From Candidatus Krumholzibacteriia bacterium (lineage in GTDB: Bacteria; Krumholzibacteriota; Krumholzibacteriia; LZORAL124-64-63), in assembly GCA_046484865.1 (NCBI GenBank), contig JAWOID010000029.1, positions 19,922 to 83,921 on the forward strand: a stretch of 64,000 nucleotides of DNA, in the 5' to 3' direction. The translations under genes were made by a program, and so were the position numbers. This document shows, piece by piece, positions 22,307 to 34,604 of this stretch (position 1 is the stretch's first letter; the number at the start of each line of letters is the position of its first letter). Below the pieces are notes generated by a model. That model saw nothing but the letters and a program-made list of their open reading frames with translations, did no database searches and was not told the origin of the DNA.

Positions 22307-22423
22307 GGACCGCGACTCCTTGGTTGTCCAGCCGGGAGGCCGGAGTCCGCAAAGCCGCCGCCGCAACTCGGCGCGCGGCCGCGGGATGGCCGCTCCAATG
22401 TATCCGGCGATCCGGTTGCAGGC

Positions 22424-22454
22424 AAGTGGTTGTAAAAAAATTATCAACCACTTA
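22424..22454. promoter_or_regulatory. Palindromic operator overlapping an IHF-consensus site
   Basis: AAGTGGTTG-N12(A-tract)-CAACCACTT perfect inverted repeat. TATCAACCACTTA (22442-22454) matches WATCAANNNNTTR. Confidence 0.6.
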
Positions 22455-22523
22455 TTATCTAGCTATGCGCGATGATGTTGCGCATGCCCGGGCCGTTGAC
22501 CACGACGACTCAGGAGGTTCTCC

Positions 22524-23153
22524 ATGACGGCCGCCACGAATCCGCGCGCAGCCGCCACGAGCATTCTTTCCCGCCTCCTGCGCGGGAACGAGGGGTACGC
22601 CGCCGGCCGGCCGGAGCGGCCGCGTCGCGACCGCCAGCCCTGCCGCGAACTCTGCGCCGGACAGAGTCCGGTGGCGGTGGTGATCGGCTGCTCCGATTCG
22701 CGGGTATCCCCGGAGATCGTGTTCGACCAGGGATGCGGCGATCTCTTCGTGATCAGAACGGCGGGCCACGTGCTCGACGGCGCCTCCCTGGCGAGCCTCG
22801 AGTTCGGAGTGGTCTCGCTGAGCATTCCGCTGGTGGTCGTGCTGGGCCACACCGGCTGCGGCGCCGTGAAGGCGGCGGTGGGCGGCGCCGGTGGCGGTCA
22901 CCACCTGCCCGGCCTGCTGCGTCAGATCACCCCTGCGGTGCCGGACACCCTGGCCGACGGGGAGGATCCGGTCCACGCGACGGTGCTGAGGCACCTCGGC
23001 CGCACCGTCACGCATCTGCGCCAGGCGGACCCGACGGTCGCGCCGCGCCACGCCCGCGGCGAGGTGACGGTCGTGGGGATGCTCCAGGACCTGGCCACCC
23101 ACCGGGTGAGCGTGATGCACGGTATTCCCGACGACGCGCCGGTCAGCTCCTGA
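22524..23153 (+). CDS. Beta-class carbonic anhydrase
   Basis: GQSP, CSDSRV, GDLFVIRTAG, LGHTGCGAV zinc ligands. Confidence 0.94.
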   Translation: MTAATNPRAAATSILSRLLRGNEGYAAGRPERPRRDRQPCRELCAGQSPVAVVIGCSDSRVSPEIVFDQGCGDLFVIRTAGHVLDGASLASLEFGVVSLSIPLVVVLGHTGCGAVKAAVGGAGGGHHLPGLLRQITPAVPDTLADGEDPVHATVLRHLGRTVTHLRQADPTVAPRHARGEVTVVGMLQDLATHRVSVMHGIPDDAPVSS

Positions 23154-24081
23154 CGGCCACCAGCAGCGGGAACTCGAAGGCGGGGTCGCATCCGGTCACC
23201 GGCGGATGGCGGGCGATGCCGCCGAGTCCGGCGGACCGCAGCAGCGCGTCCAGTTCCCCGTCGCGATAGGCTCGATGAGCCTGCACGTAGCGCTGCGGCG
23301 GCGAGCCGTCGGCGGCGGCGATCCAGTGCACGTCGACCATGGCGCTGGCCGCGTCGTCCCACGCCCATTCCTGCAGCCAGAGCTGCAGCCCGTCGTGGAA
23401 CGGCGAACGGTCGCAGACCTCCCACGAGCGCTCGTCGTCGCGCGGGAAGCTGTCCCACGGCTGGTACTCCAGCACGAGGAGTCCGCCCGGCTCCAGGCAG
23501 GCCGCGAGCCGTTCCAGCAGCGGCGGCAGCGACTCCGGAGCGAGCGCGTGGAACTCCCCGAACCAGAAGGTCACCGCCGCCAGAGGTCCCACCCGCTGCG
23601 GCAGGTCCGCGGGCAGCCGCGTCACGTCCTCCTGCAGGAAGAGGCACGGCAGCCCCGCCGCCGCCGCTTCCTGGCGGGCATGTCTCAGGGCCGCCGGCGC
23701 GAAGTCCACTCCGACGGTCGGCCAGCCACGGCGCGCCAGCTCGTGGGCGTAGAGGCCAGGACCACAGGTGACGTCGAGGATCCGCCAGGGCCGGCCCGCT
23801 GCACCCTGGTCCCGCCCGCCGGCGGGATCGGTGCCGGCGGGTCCCCGCGGATCGCGGCGCCGGCGGTGGCGCGCAAGCTGCTGCTCGAGCCAGTCCACGT
23901 GGCGTTCGATCACCCAGCCGGCTCGACTCGCCATGTGGGTGGTGTCGTCCAGATGCACCGCCAGCATGCGCTCGCTGAACGCCGGGTCGCTCCACGGCGG
24001 TTGACGCACGTCGCCGGCGCGCGGTGGATGCTCGGCGGCCGCCAGCCGGCGCAGGAAGCTCTCGAGGTCGGCACGGTCCAC
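23143..24081 (-). CDS. Class I SAM-dependent methyltransferase
   Basis: PWSDPAFSERMLAVHL, ILDVTCGPGLYA, GVDFAP, LEPGGLLV. Confidence 0.85.
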   Translation of the reverse strand: MDRADLESFLRRLAAAEHPPRAGDVRQPPWSDPAFSERMLAVHLDDTTHMASRAGWVIERHVDWLEQQLARHRRRRDPRGPAGTDPAGGRDQGAAGRPWRILDVTCGPGLYAHELARRGWPTVGVDFAPAALRHARQEAAAAGLPCLFLQEDVTRLPADLPQRVGPLAAVTFWFGEFHALAPESLPPLLERLAACLEPGGLLVLEYQPWDSFPRDDERSWEVCDRSPFHDGLQLWLQEWAWDDAASAMVDVHWIAAADGSPPQRYVQAHRAYRDGELDALLRSAGLGGIARHPPVTGCDPAFEFPLLVAVRS

Positions 24082-24096
24082 GGTTCCCTCCCTGGC

Positions 24097-24310
24097 TCAT
24101 CCCCAGGCGGGCACGGTTGTCCCCAGCGCGGGAATGGCCTGGCTGAAGCGGCCTCGACGGGATTCGCGCCCCCCGGCGCCGCGCACCACCCTGAACCCGG
24201 CGGGTTGTCCCCCGCCGGTGACGGTTTTTCCCCGTCTTGTCCCCGCCGACACCCGGCCCGCGGGGGAGAACTGGCCCGTCTTGTCCCCGGCAATCCCGCC
24301 TCTGTCCCCA
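24097..24310 (+). repeat. Array of eight DnaA-box-like 9-mers (consensus TTGTCCCCN)
   Basis: + strand copies start at 24097, 24117, 24205, 24226, 24237, 24281, 24302; one minus-strand copy at 24262-24270. Confidence 0.7.
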
Positions 24311-24446
24311 GGCGAGACGGAGAGGCCGGTCCGGGGCGTGGTATTGTTGCCGTTCGGCCGCGCGAGACCGGCGCAGGCCGGACCGGGCGGTCCCGTGCCG
24401 CCACCGGCGCTCCGGACACGAAGCGCAGCCGCAGGAGACGTTCTCG

Positions 24447-25823
24447 TTGGAGACCCGCGCCGAACATCAGGAAGGCCTCCGTGACTCGGCCGCCCCGCCG
24501 CGACCTGGCGAACGCCAGGCGCCGGCCAACCTGGACGCCGAACGCGCCGTGCTCGGCGCCATCCTCCTGGACCGCGAGGCCGTGGGCATCGCCCGCGAGA
24601 AGATCGAGGGCCCGGAGTTCTACCGCAAGGAGCACCGCCTGATCTACCAGGCGATGTGCCACCTCTACGAGATCGATCAGGCCATCGATCCCATCACCGT
24701 GGCCGAGGCTCTGGAGAAGGAAGGCGCGCTCGCCGAGGCCGGCGGCATCGACTACGTGGCCGACCTCGCCGCGATCGTGGCCACGGCCGCGAACGTCGGC
24801 TATCACGCCGCCATCATCAAGGACAAGGCCGTCCTGCGCGAGCTGATCCACGCATCCACCCTCATCGCCGCCGAGGCGTACGAGGGGCAGGACGAGACGC
24901 CGGCGATCCTGGACCGCGCGCAGGGCCGCATCTACTCCGTCGGCGAGCAGGCCCGGCGCGGCGGCTTCGAGGGCGTGGACCAGGTGGTGCCCGACACCTT
25001 CAAGGCCATCGAGGAGGCGTTCCGCAACCAGAGCGAGGTCACCGGCCTGCGCACCGGCTTCAAGGAGCTGGACTTCCGGCTCAGCGGCCTGCAGCCGGCC
25101 GACCTCCTCATCCTGGCCGCGCGGCCGTCGATGGGCAAGACCAGCCTCGCGCTGAACCTCGCCTACAACGTGGCCACCCGCGAGGACGTGGGTGTGGCCA
25201 TCTTCAGCCTCGAGATGAGCGCTCAGCAGCTGGTCCTGCGCATGCTTTGCTCCGCCACCGGATTCAATCTCCACAGCCTGCGCCGGGGCAAGCTGGAGGC
25301 GCGCGACTTCCCCCGCCTCATGGAGGCGTGCGACCGGCTCTCCCGCACTCCCATCTACATCGACGACACCGGCGGGCTGTCGGTCCTGGAGATGAAGTCG
25401 AAGACGCGGCGCCTGCAGCAGCAACGGGGTGTGGGCCTCGTGATCATCGACTACCTGCAGCTGATGACGAGCCATGCGCGCGTCGAGAACCGGCAGCAGG
25501 AGATCTCTCAGATCAGCCGCTACCTGAAGGGCATGGCCAAGGATCTGAACGTTCCGGTCGTCGCGCTCAGCCAGCTCTCGCGGGCCGTGGAGGCGCGCAG
25601 CGACCACAAGCCGATGCTCTCGGACCTGCGCGAGTCGGGCAGCCTGGAGCAGGACGCGGACGTGGTCATGTTCATCTACCGCGAGGAGGTCTACCGGCCG
25701 GACGATCCGGCGGTGGAGAATCTCGCCACCATCATCATCGGCAAGCAACGCAACGGTCCCACGGGACAGTTCGACCTGCACTTCCACAAGGAATACACCC
25801 GGTTCTCGGACCTGGTGCGCTGA
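24447..25823 (+). CDS. dnaB: Replicative DNA helicase
   Basis: AERAVLGAILL, LAARPSMGKT, FSLEMS, IIDYLQL, LSQLSR, DLRESGSLEQDAD, KQRNGPTG. TTG start after AGGAG. Confidence 0.98.
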   Translation: METRAEHQEGLRDSAAPPRPGERQAPANLDAERAVLGAILLDREAVGIAREKIEGPEFYRKEHRLIYQAMCHLYEIDQAIDPITVAEALEKEGALAEAGGIDYVADLAAIVATAANVGYHAAIIKDKAVLRELIHASTLIAAEAYEGQDETPAILDRAQGRIYSVGEQARRGGFEGVDQVVPDTFKAIEEAFRNQSEVTGLRTGFKELDFRLSGLQPADLLILAARPSMGKTSLALNLAYNVATREDVGVAIFSLEMSAQQLVLRMLCSATGFNLHSLRRGKLEARDFPRLMEACDRLSRTPIYIDDTGGLSVLEMKSKTRRLQQQRGVGLVIIDYLQLMTSHARVENRQQEISQISRYLKGMAKDLNVPVVALSQLSRAVEARSDHKPMLSDLRESGSLEQDADVVMFIYREEVYRPDDPAVENLATIIIGKQRNGPTGQFDLHFHKEYTRFSDLVR

Positions 25824-25839
25824 CCGAGGGATCACGAGC

Positions 25840-26883
25840 ATGCCGCGCCGCCCGATCCTCGTCGACCTGGACCAGCCCCTCACGGGCCAGCGGTGCTTCA
25901 TCAGCGCCTGGCTCGTGCCGGCGCCGGGCGCGGACGGCGGCACGGGCTGGCTGCTGGTGGATCCGGGTCCGCCGTCCACGGCCGACGTGCTCCTGCGAGC
26001 GCTGCAGGCGCGGGGGGTGGAACGCCTCGAGCTGGTGCTGCTCACGCACGTGCATCTGGATCACGCCGGCGCCACGAGCGCCGTCCTGCAGAGGTACCCG
26101 GAGGCCCGGGTGGCCGTCCACGAGCGCGGCCGCGAGCATCTGCTCGACCCGGAGCGTCTCTGGCACGGGTCGCTGCGGGTGCTCGGCCCGGTGGCCGAGG
26201 TCTACGGGCGCCCGCGACCGGTCCCGGCCGCGGCGCTGGCCACCGGCGACGAACTCGCGGCCTGCGGCGTACGGACGGTGCCGACGCCGGGGCACGCCGC
26301 CCATCATCAGAGCTTCGTCCACGGCGACACGCTGTATGTGGGCGAGGCGGCCGGAACCTACCTCGATGAGGAGGCCGAGGGCTTCGCTGCGGCGTTGCCC
26401 GAGGCCGTTCGCGGGGCGGGGACCGGGACGGAGCCTGGCGCGGGTTTCTACCTGAGACCCGCAACCCCTCCCCGTTTCTTTCCCGGCGCGGCCCTGGGCA
26501 GCCTCGAGCGCCTGATCGGCCTCGATCCCGCGCCGCGGCACGTGGCCTTCGCACACCACGGCCTGCACACCGGAGACACGCGCGCCCTGCTCGCCGCGGC
26601 GCGCGATCAGCTGCTCGCCTGGCTGGAAACGGCGCGGGAGGAAGCGAGGGACCACCTCGCGCGGATCGCCGCTGCCGGCACGGACGCCGCTCCCGCGCCT
26701 CTTTCACCGCAGGATCTCGCCGCCTTCGCGGAGCGGACCGCCGCCCGGCTGCGGTCCGTCGACCCTCACTTCCGGCGCATCGACCGGCTGCCGCCGGACA
26801 TCCGCGAGCGGGAGGAACAGTTCACCCTGCAGACCCTGCTGGGCATCCTCGACCACCTCGAGCGCACCGCCGCCGCGGCTTGA
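25840..26883 (+). CDS. MBL-fold metallo-hydrolase
   Basis: LVDPGP, THVHLDHAG, TPGHAAHH, GEAAG. Confidence 0.9.
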   Translation: MPRRPILVDLDQPLTGQRCFISAWLVPAPGADGGTGWLLVDPGPPSTADVLLRALQARGVERLELVLLTHVHLDHAGATSAVLQRYPEARVAVHERGREHLLDPERLWHGSLRVLGPVAEVYGRPRPVPAAALATGDELAACGVRTVPTPGHAAHHQSFVHGDTLYVGEAAGTYLDEEAEGFAAALPEAVRGAGTGTEPGAGFYLRPATPPRFFPGAALGSLERLIGLDPAPRHVAFAHHGLHTGDTRALLAAARDQLLAWLETAREEARDHLARIAAAGTDAAPAPLSPQDLAAFAERTAARLRSVDPHFRRIDRLPPDIREREEQFTLQTLLGILDHLERTAAAA

Positions 26884-26990
26884 AGAGGCCGAGCCGACGC
26901 CACCGGACGACCGGCCCGTCCGTCCCTCGCGGCGCGCCGGTGGCCGCGCGAATCGGGAGGGCAGGGGCGGGTATCGCCTGCCCTCACTGG

Positions 26991-27019
26991 TGGACTCGCC
27001 TCCGGGTCGCAGCTATATT
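26991..27019 (+). promoter_or_regulatory. Putative sigma70 promoter of mlaEFD
   Basis: TGGACT-N17-TATATT, 9 nt before the ATG. Confidence 0.55.
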
Positions 27020-27028
27020 CGCGCGGTC

Positions 27029-27814
27029 ATGAATTCTCTTGCACGCTCGATCGGTCGTCTCGTCTTCGGGTACCTGGCCATCACCGGTCGGGGCACCATG
27101 CTGCTCGTGGACATCCTCCGTCAACTGCCGGCCACGTGGCACATGCGGCGCGAGACGCTGGAGCAGATGAACGTCGTGGCGGTAGGGTCGTTGCCGCTGG
27201 TGATCACCACGGCCGTGTTCGTGGGTGCGGTGACGGCGGTGCAGGCCGTCTACCAGATGCAGGCGTACGTGCCGATGGTGTTCCTCGGCACGATCATCTC
27301 GAAGTCGGTATTCATCGAGCTGGGTCCGGTGCTCACGGCGCTGGTGGTGGGTGGCCGCTTGACGGCGAACTACGCGGCGGAACTCGGCACCATGAAGGTC
27401 ACCGAGCAGCTCGACGCCATGGAGATCATGGCGATCGAGCCGGTGCGCTACCTGGCCTTGCCGCGTTTCCTGGCGGCGGTGCTCATGCTGCCGGTAATCA
27501 CGGTCTTCGCCAACGCCATCGCCGTCACGGGCGGGTTCCTGGTCTCGATCCTCACCCTGGACATCACCGCCTCCACCTTCGTGGAGGGGTTGCGCATGTT
27601 CTGGAAACCGAGCGACCTGATCAGCGGGCTGTTGAAGTCGTACATCTTCGGGGGCATCATCGCCATGTCCGGGATCTACTTCGGCATGGCCACCAGCGGC
27701 GGCGCCGAGGGTGTGGGCAAGAACACCATGGCTGCGGTGGTGGCGAGCTGCCTGAGCGTGCTGGTGGCGGATTATCTCCTGGCGGCGCTGCTGTTCCAGG
27801 TGATCTTCGAGTGA
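27029..27814 (+). CDS. mlaE: MlaE-family lipid ABC permease
   Basis: ELGPVLTALVVGGR, AAELGTMKVTEQLDAM, GGAEGVG. Confidence 0.93.
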   Translation: MNSLARSIGRLVFGYLAITGRGTMLLVDILRQLPATWHMRRETLEQMNVVAVGSLPLVITTAVFVGAVTAVQAVYQMQAYVPMVFLGTIISKSVFIELGPVLTALVVGGRLTANYAAELGTMKVTEQLDAMEIMAIEPVRYLALPRFLAAVLMLPVITVFANAIAVTGGFLVSILTLDITASTFVEGLRMFWKPSDLISGLLKSYIFGGIIAMSGIYFGMATSGGAEGVGKNTMAAVVASCLSVLVADYLLAALLFQVIFE

Positions 27815-27874
27815 ACCGGGATCTCCGGCCGTGGCGACGCGGGTGCGCGCCGGGTCGGAGCGCGAGAGGATGCC

Positions 27875-28687
27875 ATGGCCGAGCCCCTGACGCTGCCCGA
27901 TCCGCCCGACCTGCGGCTGGACGACCCCGCCGGCTTCGACGGGATCGCGCTGCAGGGCGTCGACAAGCGGTTCGGGAGCAAGACGGTGCTCGACGAACTC
28001 GACTTGTGGATCCGGCGCGGCGAGACCATCGTCATCATCGGGCGCAGCGGCGAAGGAAAATCGGTGCTGCTGAAGCATATCGTCCGGTTGCTGGAGCCCG
28101 ATCGCGGGCAGATCTGGGTCGAGGGCCAGGAGGTCACGGCCATGCACCGGCCCGAGCTGATGGAGCTGCGCAAGAAGTTCGGCATGCTCTTCCAGGGATC
28201 GGCGCTGTTCGATTCGATGTCCGTCTGCGACAACGTCGGGTTCATGGTGAAGGAGCACAGCGGCTGGTCGGAGCAGCGAGTCCGGGAACGAGCCTGTGAA
28301 TGCCTGGCGATGGTGGGACTGGAAGCGTCGGAGGAGAAGCTGCCCAGCGCGCTGTCCGGCGGCATGAAGAAGCGCGCGGGACTGGCACGGGCCATCGCCA
28401 TGGAGCCCCAGTACATCCTGTACGACGAGCCGACCACCGGCCTGGACCCGATCACCGCCGACGCCATCAACGATCTCATCATCAAGCTCCAGCGTGAGTT
28501 GCAGGTCACCTCGGTGGTGGTGACCCACGACATGCAGAGTGCCTTCAAGGTCGCCGACCGGATCGCGATGCTTCGCCAGGGGCGCATCGTCTACGTCGGG
28601 ACGGTCCAGGAGCTGGAAACGACCGATCACCCCATGGTGCGGCAGTTCATCGCCGGTAGCGCCCAGGGCCCCTTGGGCGCATTCTAG
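27875..28687 (+). CDS. mlaF: MlaF-family ABC ATPase
   Basis: GRSGEGKS, LFQGSALFDSM, LSGGMKKR, YDEPTTGLDP, VTHD. Confidence 0.93.
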   Translation: MAEPLTLPDPPDLRLDDPAGFDGIALQGVDKRFGSKTVLDELDLWIRRGETIVIIGRSGEGKSVLLKHIVRLLEPDRGQIWVEGQEVTAMHRPELMELRKKFGMLFQGSALFDSMSVCDNVGFMVKEHSGWSEQRVRERACECLAMVGLEASEEKLPSALSGGMKKRAGLARAIAMEPQYILYDEPTTGLDPITADAINDLIIKLQRELQVTSVVVTHDMQSAFKVADRIAMLRQGRIVYVGTVQELETTDHPMVRQFIAGSAQGPLGAF

Positions 28688-28737
28688 GTCACGGTTCCGG
28701 CTGCAACGGACCGGTGACGACGAGCGGAGCGAGAGCA

Positions 28738-29631
28738 ATGGATCATCAGAAGCGCGAGGTGCAGCTCGGAGTGACGGTGCTCGTATCGACGCTGGTGCTC
28801 GTGATCGGATTCCTCTGGTTCGAACGCGTGCGGATCGGTGGCGGCATGGACGAGTACCACGCCGACTTTCCGGCCGTGGCCGGACTGCAGGTGGGCGACC
28901 GGGTCCAGGTGCGCGGCATTCGCATGGGCGTGGTCACCGACCTCGCCATCCGCCAGGATGTCGTCCGGGTCAGCTTCGACGTGGACGAGACCGTCGAGAT
29001 GCGTCAGGACGCCCGGGTGAAGCTTTCATCCAAGGGCATCGTGGGCGAGGTGCTGCTCGAGATCGATCCCGGCGGGGGAGAACCGGCGCCGCCGGGTTGG
29101 GTCTTCACCGGCGTGGAGACCATGGCGCTGGACCAGGTGGCCGAGGTAGCGGGGCGGACGCTGCAGAAGGTGGACTCGCTGGTGGGAGAGTTGCAGGAGA
29201 TCATCGGCGGGCTCAACGAGAACGGCGACATCGCCTCCACCGCGGCGGAGGTGCGGGAAGCCGTGAGCGGACTCGGCAGCATGGTGCAGGAGAACCGCAG
29301 TGAGCTGCGCACGCTGGTGCGGGACGCGGCCGCCGCCGCGGCGACGCTGCGCGAGACCGTGGAGGACCCGGCCCTGCGGCAGGCCATCGAGGGCGCCGGC
29401 GGCACGCTCGCCCGGGCCGACTCGCTGGTGGCGAGCCTGGGTATCACGGCCGCGCGCGCCGACTCCCTCCTGTCGCGCATCGAGACGGGCGAAGGGACGC
29501 TGGGGCGCCTGATGGGCGACGAGAGCCTGTACGCGCAGGCCGACTCGACGCTGATGTCCCTGCATCGGCTGCTCGACGAGCTGCGGCGCAACCCCAAGCG
29601 GTTCTTCCGCCTGAACGTGATCGACCTCTGA
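28738..29631 (+). CDS. mlaD: MlaD/MCE-domain protein
   Basis: N-terminal TM, GLQVGDRVQVRGIRMGVV, coiled coil, GTLGRLMGDESLY...NPKRF. Confidence 0.9.
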   Translation: MDHQKREVQLGVTVLVSTLVLVIGFLWFERVRIGGGMDEYHADFPAVAGLQVGDRVQVRGIRMGVVTDLAIRQDVVRVSFDVDETVEMRQDARVKLSSKGIVGEVLLEIDPGGGEPAPPGWVFTGVETMALDQVAEVAGRTLQKVDSLVGELQEIIGGLNENGDIASTAAEVREAVSGLGSMVQENRSELRTLVRDAAAAAATLRETVEDPALRQAIEGAGGTLARADSLVASLGITAARADSLLSRIETGEGTLGRLMGDESLYAQADSTLMSLHRLLDELRRNPKRFFRLNVIDL

Positions 29632-29848
29632 CGCCGTCGGGCCGCGGGTCGCCGCGGGGCGCGATCCGCGCTTCGGGTGCGCCGACCGCGTGCTCGCCGC
29701 CGGCGATGCAGCGGTCGCGGAGCGGCCCGCTGGACAGGGCGGGAGGCCGCGACTTTCTTGGTGAAGCTCGACGAGCGGCGACACGGCCGCAGACACGCCG
29801 GCCCCGGCCGCGTCCGGACCGACCACCTCGGATTGCGGGAGGACGAGG

Positions 29849-30361
29849 ATGAGCGACAGCCAGAAGCAGGCGATGATCCAGGCGGTGAAAGACGCCCTGA
29901 TGGTGGAGATCAAGGGCAAGGAGCTGTACAGCCACGCTGCGACGCAGACCGAGGATCCGGCGGCGCGGGTGCTGTTCGAGACCCTCGCCCGGGACGAGGA
30001 GGACCACGTCCGCGTGCTCCAGGTCCAGTACCGCAGCCTCGTGGAGGATGGGCGGGTGGACCTGACGCGGGTGCATCCCGCCGAGGTGGACCACGGCTCG
30101 GGCAAGATCGTCGATGACCAGTTCAAGCGATCGCTCAAGCGCGGTACCTTCGAGATGGCGGTCATCGGCATCGGCTGCGATTTGGAGCAGAAGGCCATCC
30201 GGTACTACAAGGAGCAGGCCGCGCAGACCCATGATCGAGACCTGAAGCAGCTCTTCGAGTGGCTCGTCGAGTGGGAAGACGGCCACCTCGAACAGCTCCT
30301 GGAACTGGAGAAATTCTACCAGGACGCCTACTGGGCCGACCAGGGCTTCTCACCCATGTAG
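29849..30361 (+). CDS. Ferritin-like/rubrerythrin diiron protein
   Basis: Two E...ExxH repeats (EIKG...DEEDH; EQKA...WEDGH); no rubredoxin domain. Confidence 0.85.
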   Translation: MSDSQKQAMIQAVKDALMVEIKGKELYSHAATQTEDPAARVLFETLARDEEDHVRVLQVQYRSLVEDGRVDLTRVHPAEVDHGSGKIVDDQFKRSLKRGTFEMAVIGIGCDLEQKAIRYYKEQAAQTHDRDLKQLFEWLVEWEDGHLEQLLELEKFYQDAYWADQGFSPM

Positions 30362-30375
30362 AAGGGGTCGGCGCG

Positions 30376-31998
30376 GTGCAACCGTTTCCGTCCACCGGGA
30401 GCGTTCCGGCTGCCCCGGGAACGTCCGGCAGCCCTGCCGACGGAGACGGGACGGAGCGGGGACGCCGGTGCAGCCGCTGGGCGCACGCGGCCGTGCTGGC
30501 CGTCGCCACCGGCTACCTCGGGCTCTTCGTCGTCCTGGCATTCCTGCGCGTGCCGTACCCGTACGAGCTGGAATGGATGGAGGGCGGCGCCGTGGACCAC
30601 GTGCGCCGCCTGCTCGAGGGGCATCGCCTCTACGGGCCGCCCACGCTGGAGTTCGTTCCCTTCATCTACACGCCCCTGTACTTCTGGGTGAGCGCGCTGG
30701 CGGCGGCCGTGCTGGGCGTGGACTTCCTCGCGCTGCGCCTGGTGTCGGCGGCCGCCGCGGTCGCGGCGTTCCTGCTGCTGAGCGAGCTGGCGAGGCGCGA
30801 GACGGGCTCGCGTGCCGCTGGGCTGATCGCGGCAGGGATCTTCGCCGCCACGTACCGCGCCAGCGGGGCCTGGTTCGACGTGGCCCGCGTGGACATTCTG
30901 ATGGTGGCGCTCCTGCTGGCGGCGCTCCTCTCGTATCGCCGCGCCGAAAGCTGGCGCGGCGACGTGGCGGCGGGGATGTGGCTCTGTCTCGCCGTGCTCG
31001 CCAAGCAATCTGCGCTCGTGCTGGGCGCCTCGCTGCTCCTGCACGGCCTGGTCACCCGGCCCGGCTGGCGCCGTCTGGCGCTGCCCGCCGGCACGGTGCT
31101 GCCGCTGCTGGTCTCCACCGCGCTCATGCAGGGCGGCAGCGACGGCTGGTACGTCTACTACGTGCTCGATCTGCCGCGCCAGCACGCCCTCGCGCCGGAG
31201 TTCGCCGGCTGGTGGTTCTGGCGGGGAGACCTGCTCGCGGAGGTGCCGGTGCTGCTGGCGCTGGCGGCGGCCCTGCCTGCGGCGGTCCTGCGGGCGACGG
31301 TCCTGCGGGCGACGGCCCTGCCGGCGGCCGTCCGGCTCCGGTACCGGCGCGACGCGCTGCTCGCCGCGCTCCTGCTGGCCGGCGCGGTGGCGGCGGCCTG
31401 GCTCGGGCGACTGCACTCCGGCGGCTGGGACAACGTCCTGATGCCGCTGCATGCGGTGCTGAGCCTGCTGGCGGCCGTGACCTACCAGGCGGCGCGCCGC
31501 CGCTTCACCGCCTGCACCGATCCGCGCGCAGCCGCGGCGGCCGCGCTGCTGCCGCTGCTGATCCTGGTCCAGCTCGCGTGGCTGGCCTACCCGCCGGCGG
31601 CCCAGCTGCCCACCACGGCCGATCGCGCCGCGGGCGACGCCATGATCGCCCGCCTGCGCGGCCTGCCGGGCGATGTGTTCATTCCCTATCACGGCCACTA
31701 CGCGGCGCTGGCCGGCAAGCCATCCTGGGCTCACGCTGCTGCCGTCTCGGACGTCCTGCGCGGCGACGACCCCCGGCGCACGGAGGACCTGCTCGAGTTG
31801 CTGCGCGACGCGCTGGCCGAGGGGCGTTTCACCGCCCTGGTGCTGGACGAGCCCCTGCCCGAACTGGCGCAGGTGGAGCATCCGTACCGCGATGCCGGCC
31901 CCGTGTTCGAGCGGCCGGGCGTCTTCTGGCCGGTGACCGGCCGGCCCACCCGTCCCGAGCATCTGCTGCTCCACGCGGGACGACTGGCAGCCGAGTAG
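30376..31998 (+). CDS. Polytopic GT-C-like (ArnT/PMT-type) membrane glycosyltransferase
   Basis: [10 protein letters not shown] loop after TM1, YTPLYF, ARVD, AKQ, about 12 TM helices. Start uncertain. Confidence 0.7.
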   Translation: MQPFPSTGSVPAAPGTSGSPADGDGTERGRRCSRWAHAAVLAVATGYLGLFVVLAFLRVPYPYELEWMEGGAVDHVRRLLEGHRLYGPPTLEFVPFIYTPLYFWVSALAAAVLGVDFLALRLVSAAAAVAAFLLLSELARRETGSRAAGLIAAGIFAATYRASGAWFDVARVDILMVALLLAALLSYRRAESWRGDVAAGMWLCLAVLAKQSALVLGASLLLHGLVTRPGWRRLALPAGTVLPLLVSTALMQGGSDGWYVYYVLDLPRQHALAPEFAGWWFWRGDLLAEVPVLLALAAALPAAVLRATVLRATALPAAVRLRYRRDALLAALLLAGAVAAAWLGRLHSGGWDNVLMPLHAVLSLLAAVTYQAARRRFTACTDPRAAAAAALLPLLILVQLAWLAYPPAAQLPTTADRAAGDAMIARLRGLPGDVFIPYHGHYAALAGKPSWAHAAAVSDVLRGDDPRRTEDLLELLRDALAEGRFTALVLDEPLPELAQVEHPYRDAGPVFERPGVFWPVTGRPTRPEHLLLHAGRLAAE

Positions 31999-32050
31999 CG
32001 CCCGTGGCCGGGGTGAGGGAGCGTCGCGACTCCCGGTGGCCCACGTCCGG

Positions 32051-32079
32051 TTGTCAAACCGGCCGGGATCGCTCATATT
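32051..32079 (+). promoter_or_regulatory. Putative sigma70 promoter of leuS
   Basis: TTGTCA-N17-CATATT. Confidence 0.45.
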
Positions 32080-32150
32080 CCCGCGACGGCGGTCCGTTCG
32101 GCGGGCCGCTCCCACGAGGCGCGGAACGTGTTCAGCGAGGAATTCACGCG

Positions 32151-34574
<2,424 letters not shown>

Positions 34575-34604
34575 CGTCGTCATCGCCGCCGGCAAGGATT
34601 GGGC

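Noticed and set aside
22330..22365. GCAAAGCC resembling a c-di-GMP-I riboswitch
   Set aside because: The upstream GGCAAACC and GNRA stem elements are missing.
22425..22452. dif/XerCD site
   Set aside because: The spacer is 5 nt rather than 6 and the right arm does not match the XerD consensus TTATGTTAAAT.
24082..24446. Chromosomal origin oriC
   Set aside because: No AT-rich unwinding element, no dnaA/dnaN nearby, and no gene-orientation switch. Kept only as a box array.
30468..32150. 1368-aa ORF suggesting an extended LeuS
   Set aside because: Shadow frame over the GT-C gene; LeuS starts at 32151 after an RBS.
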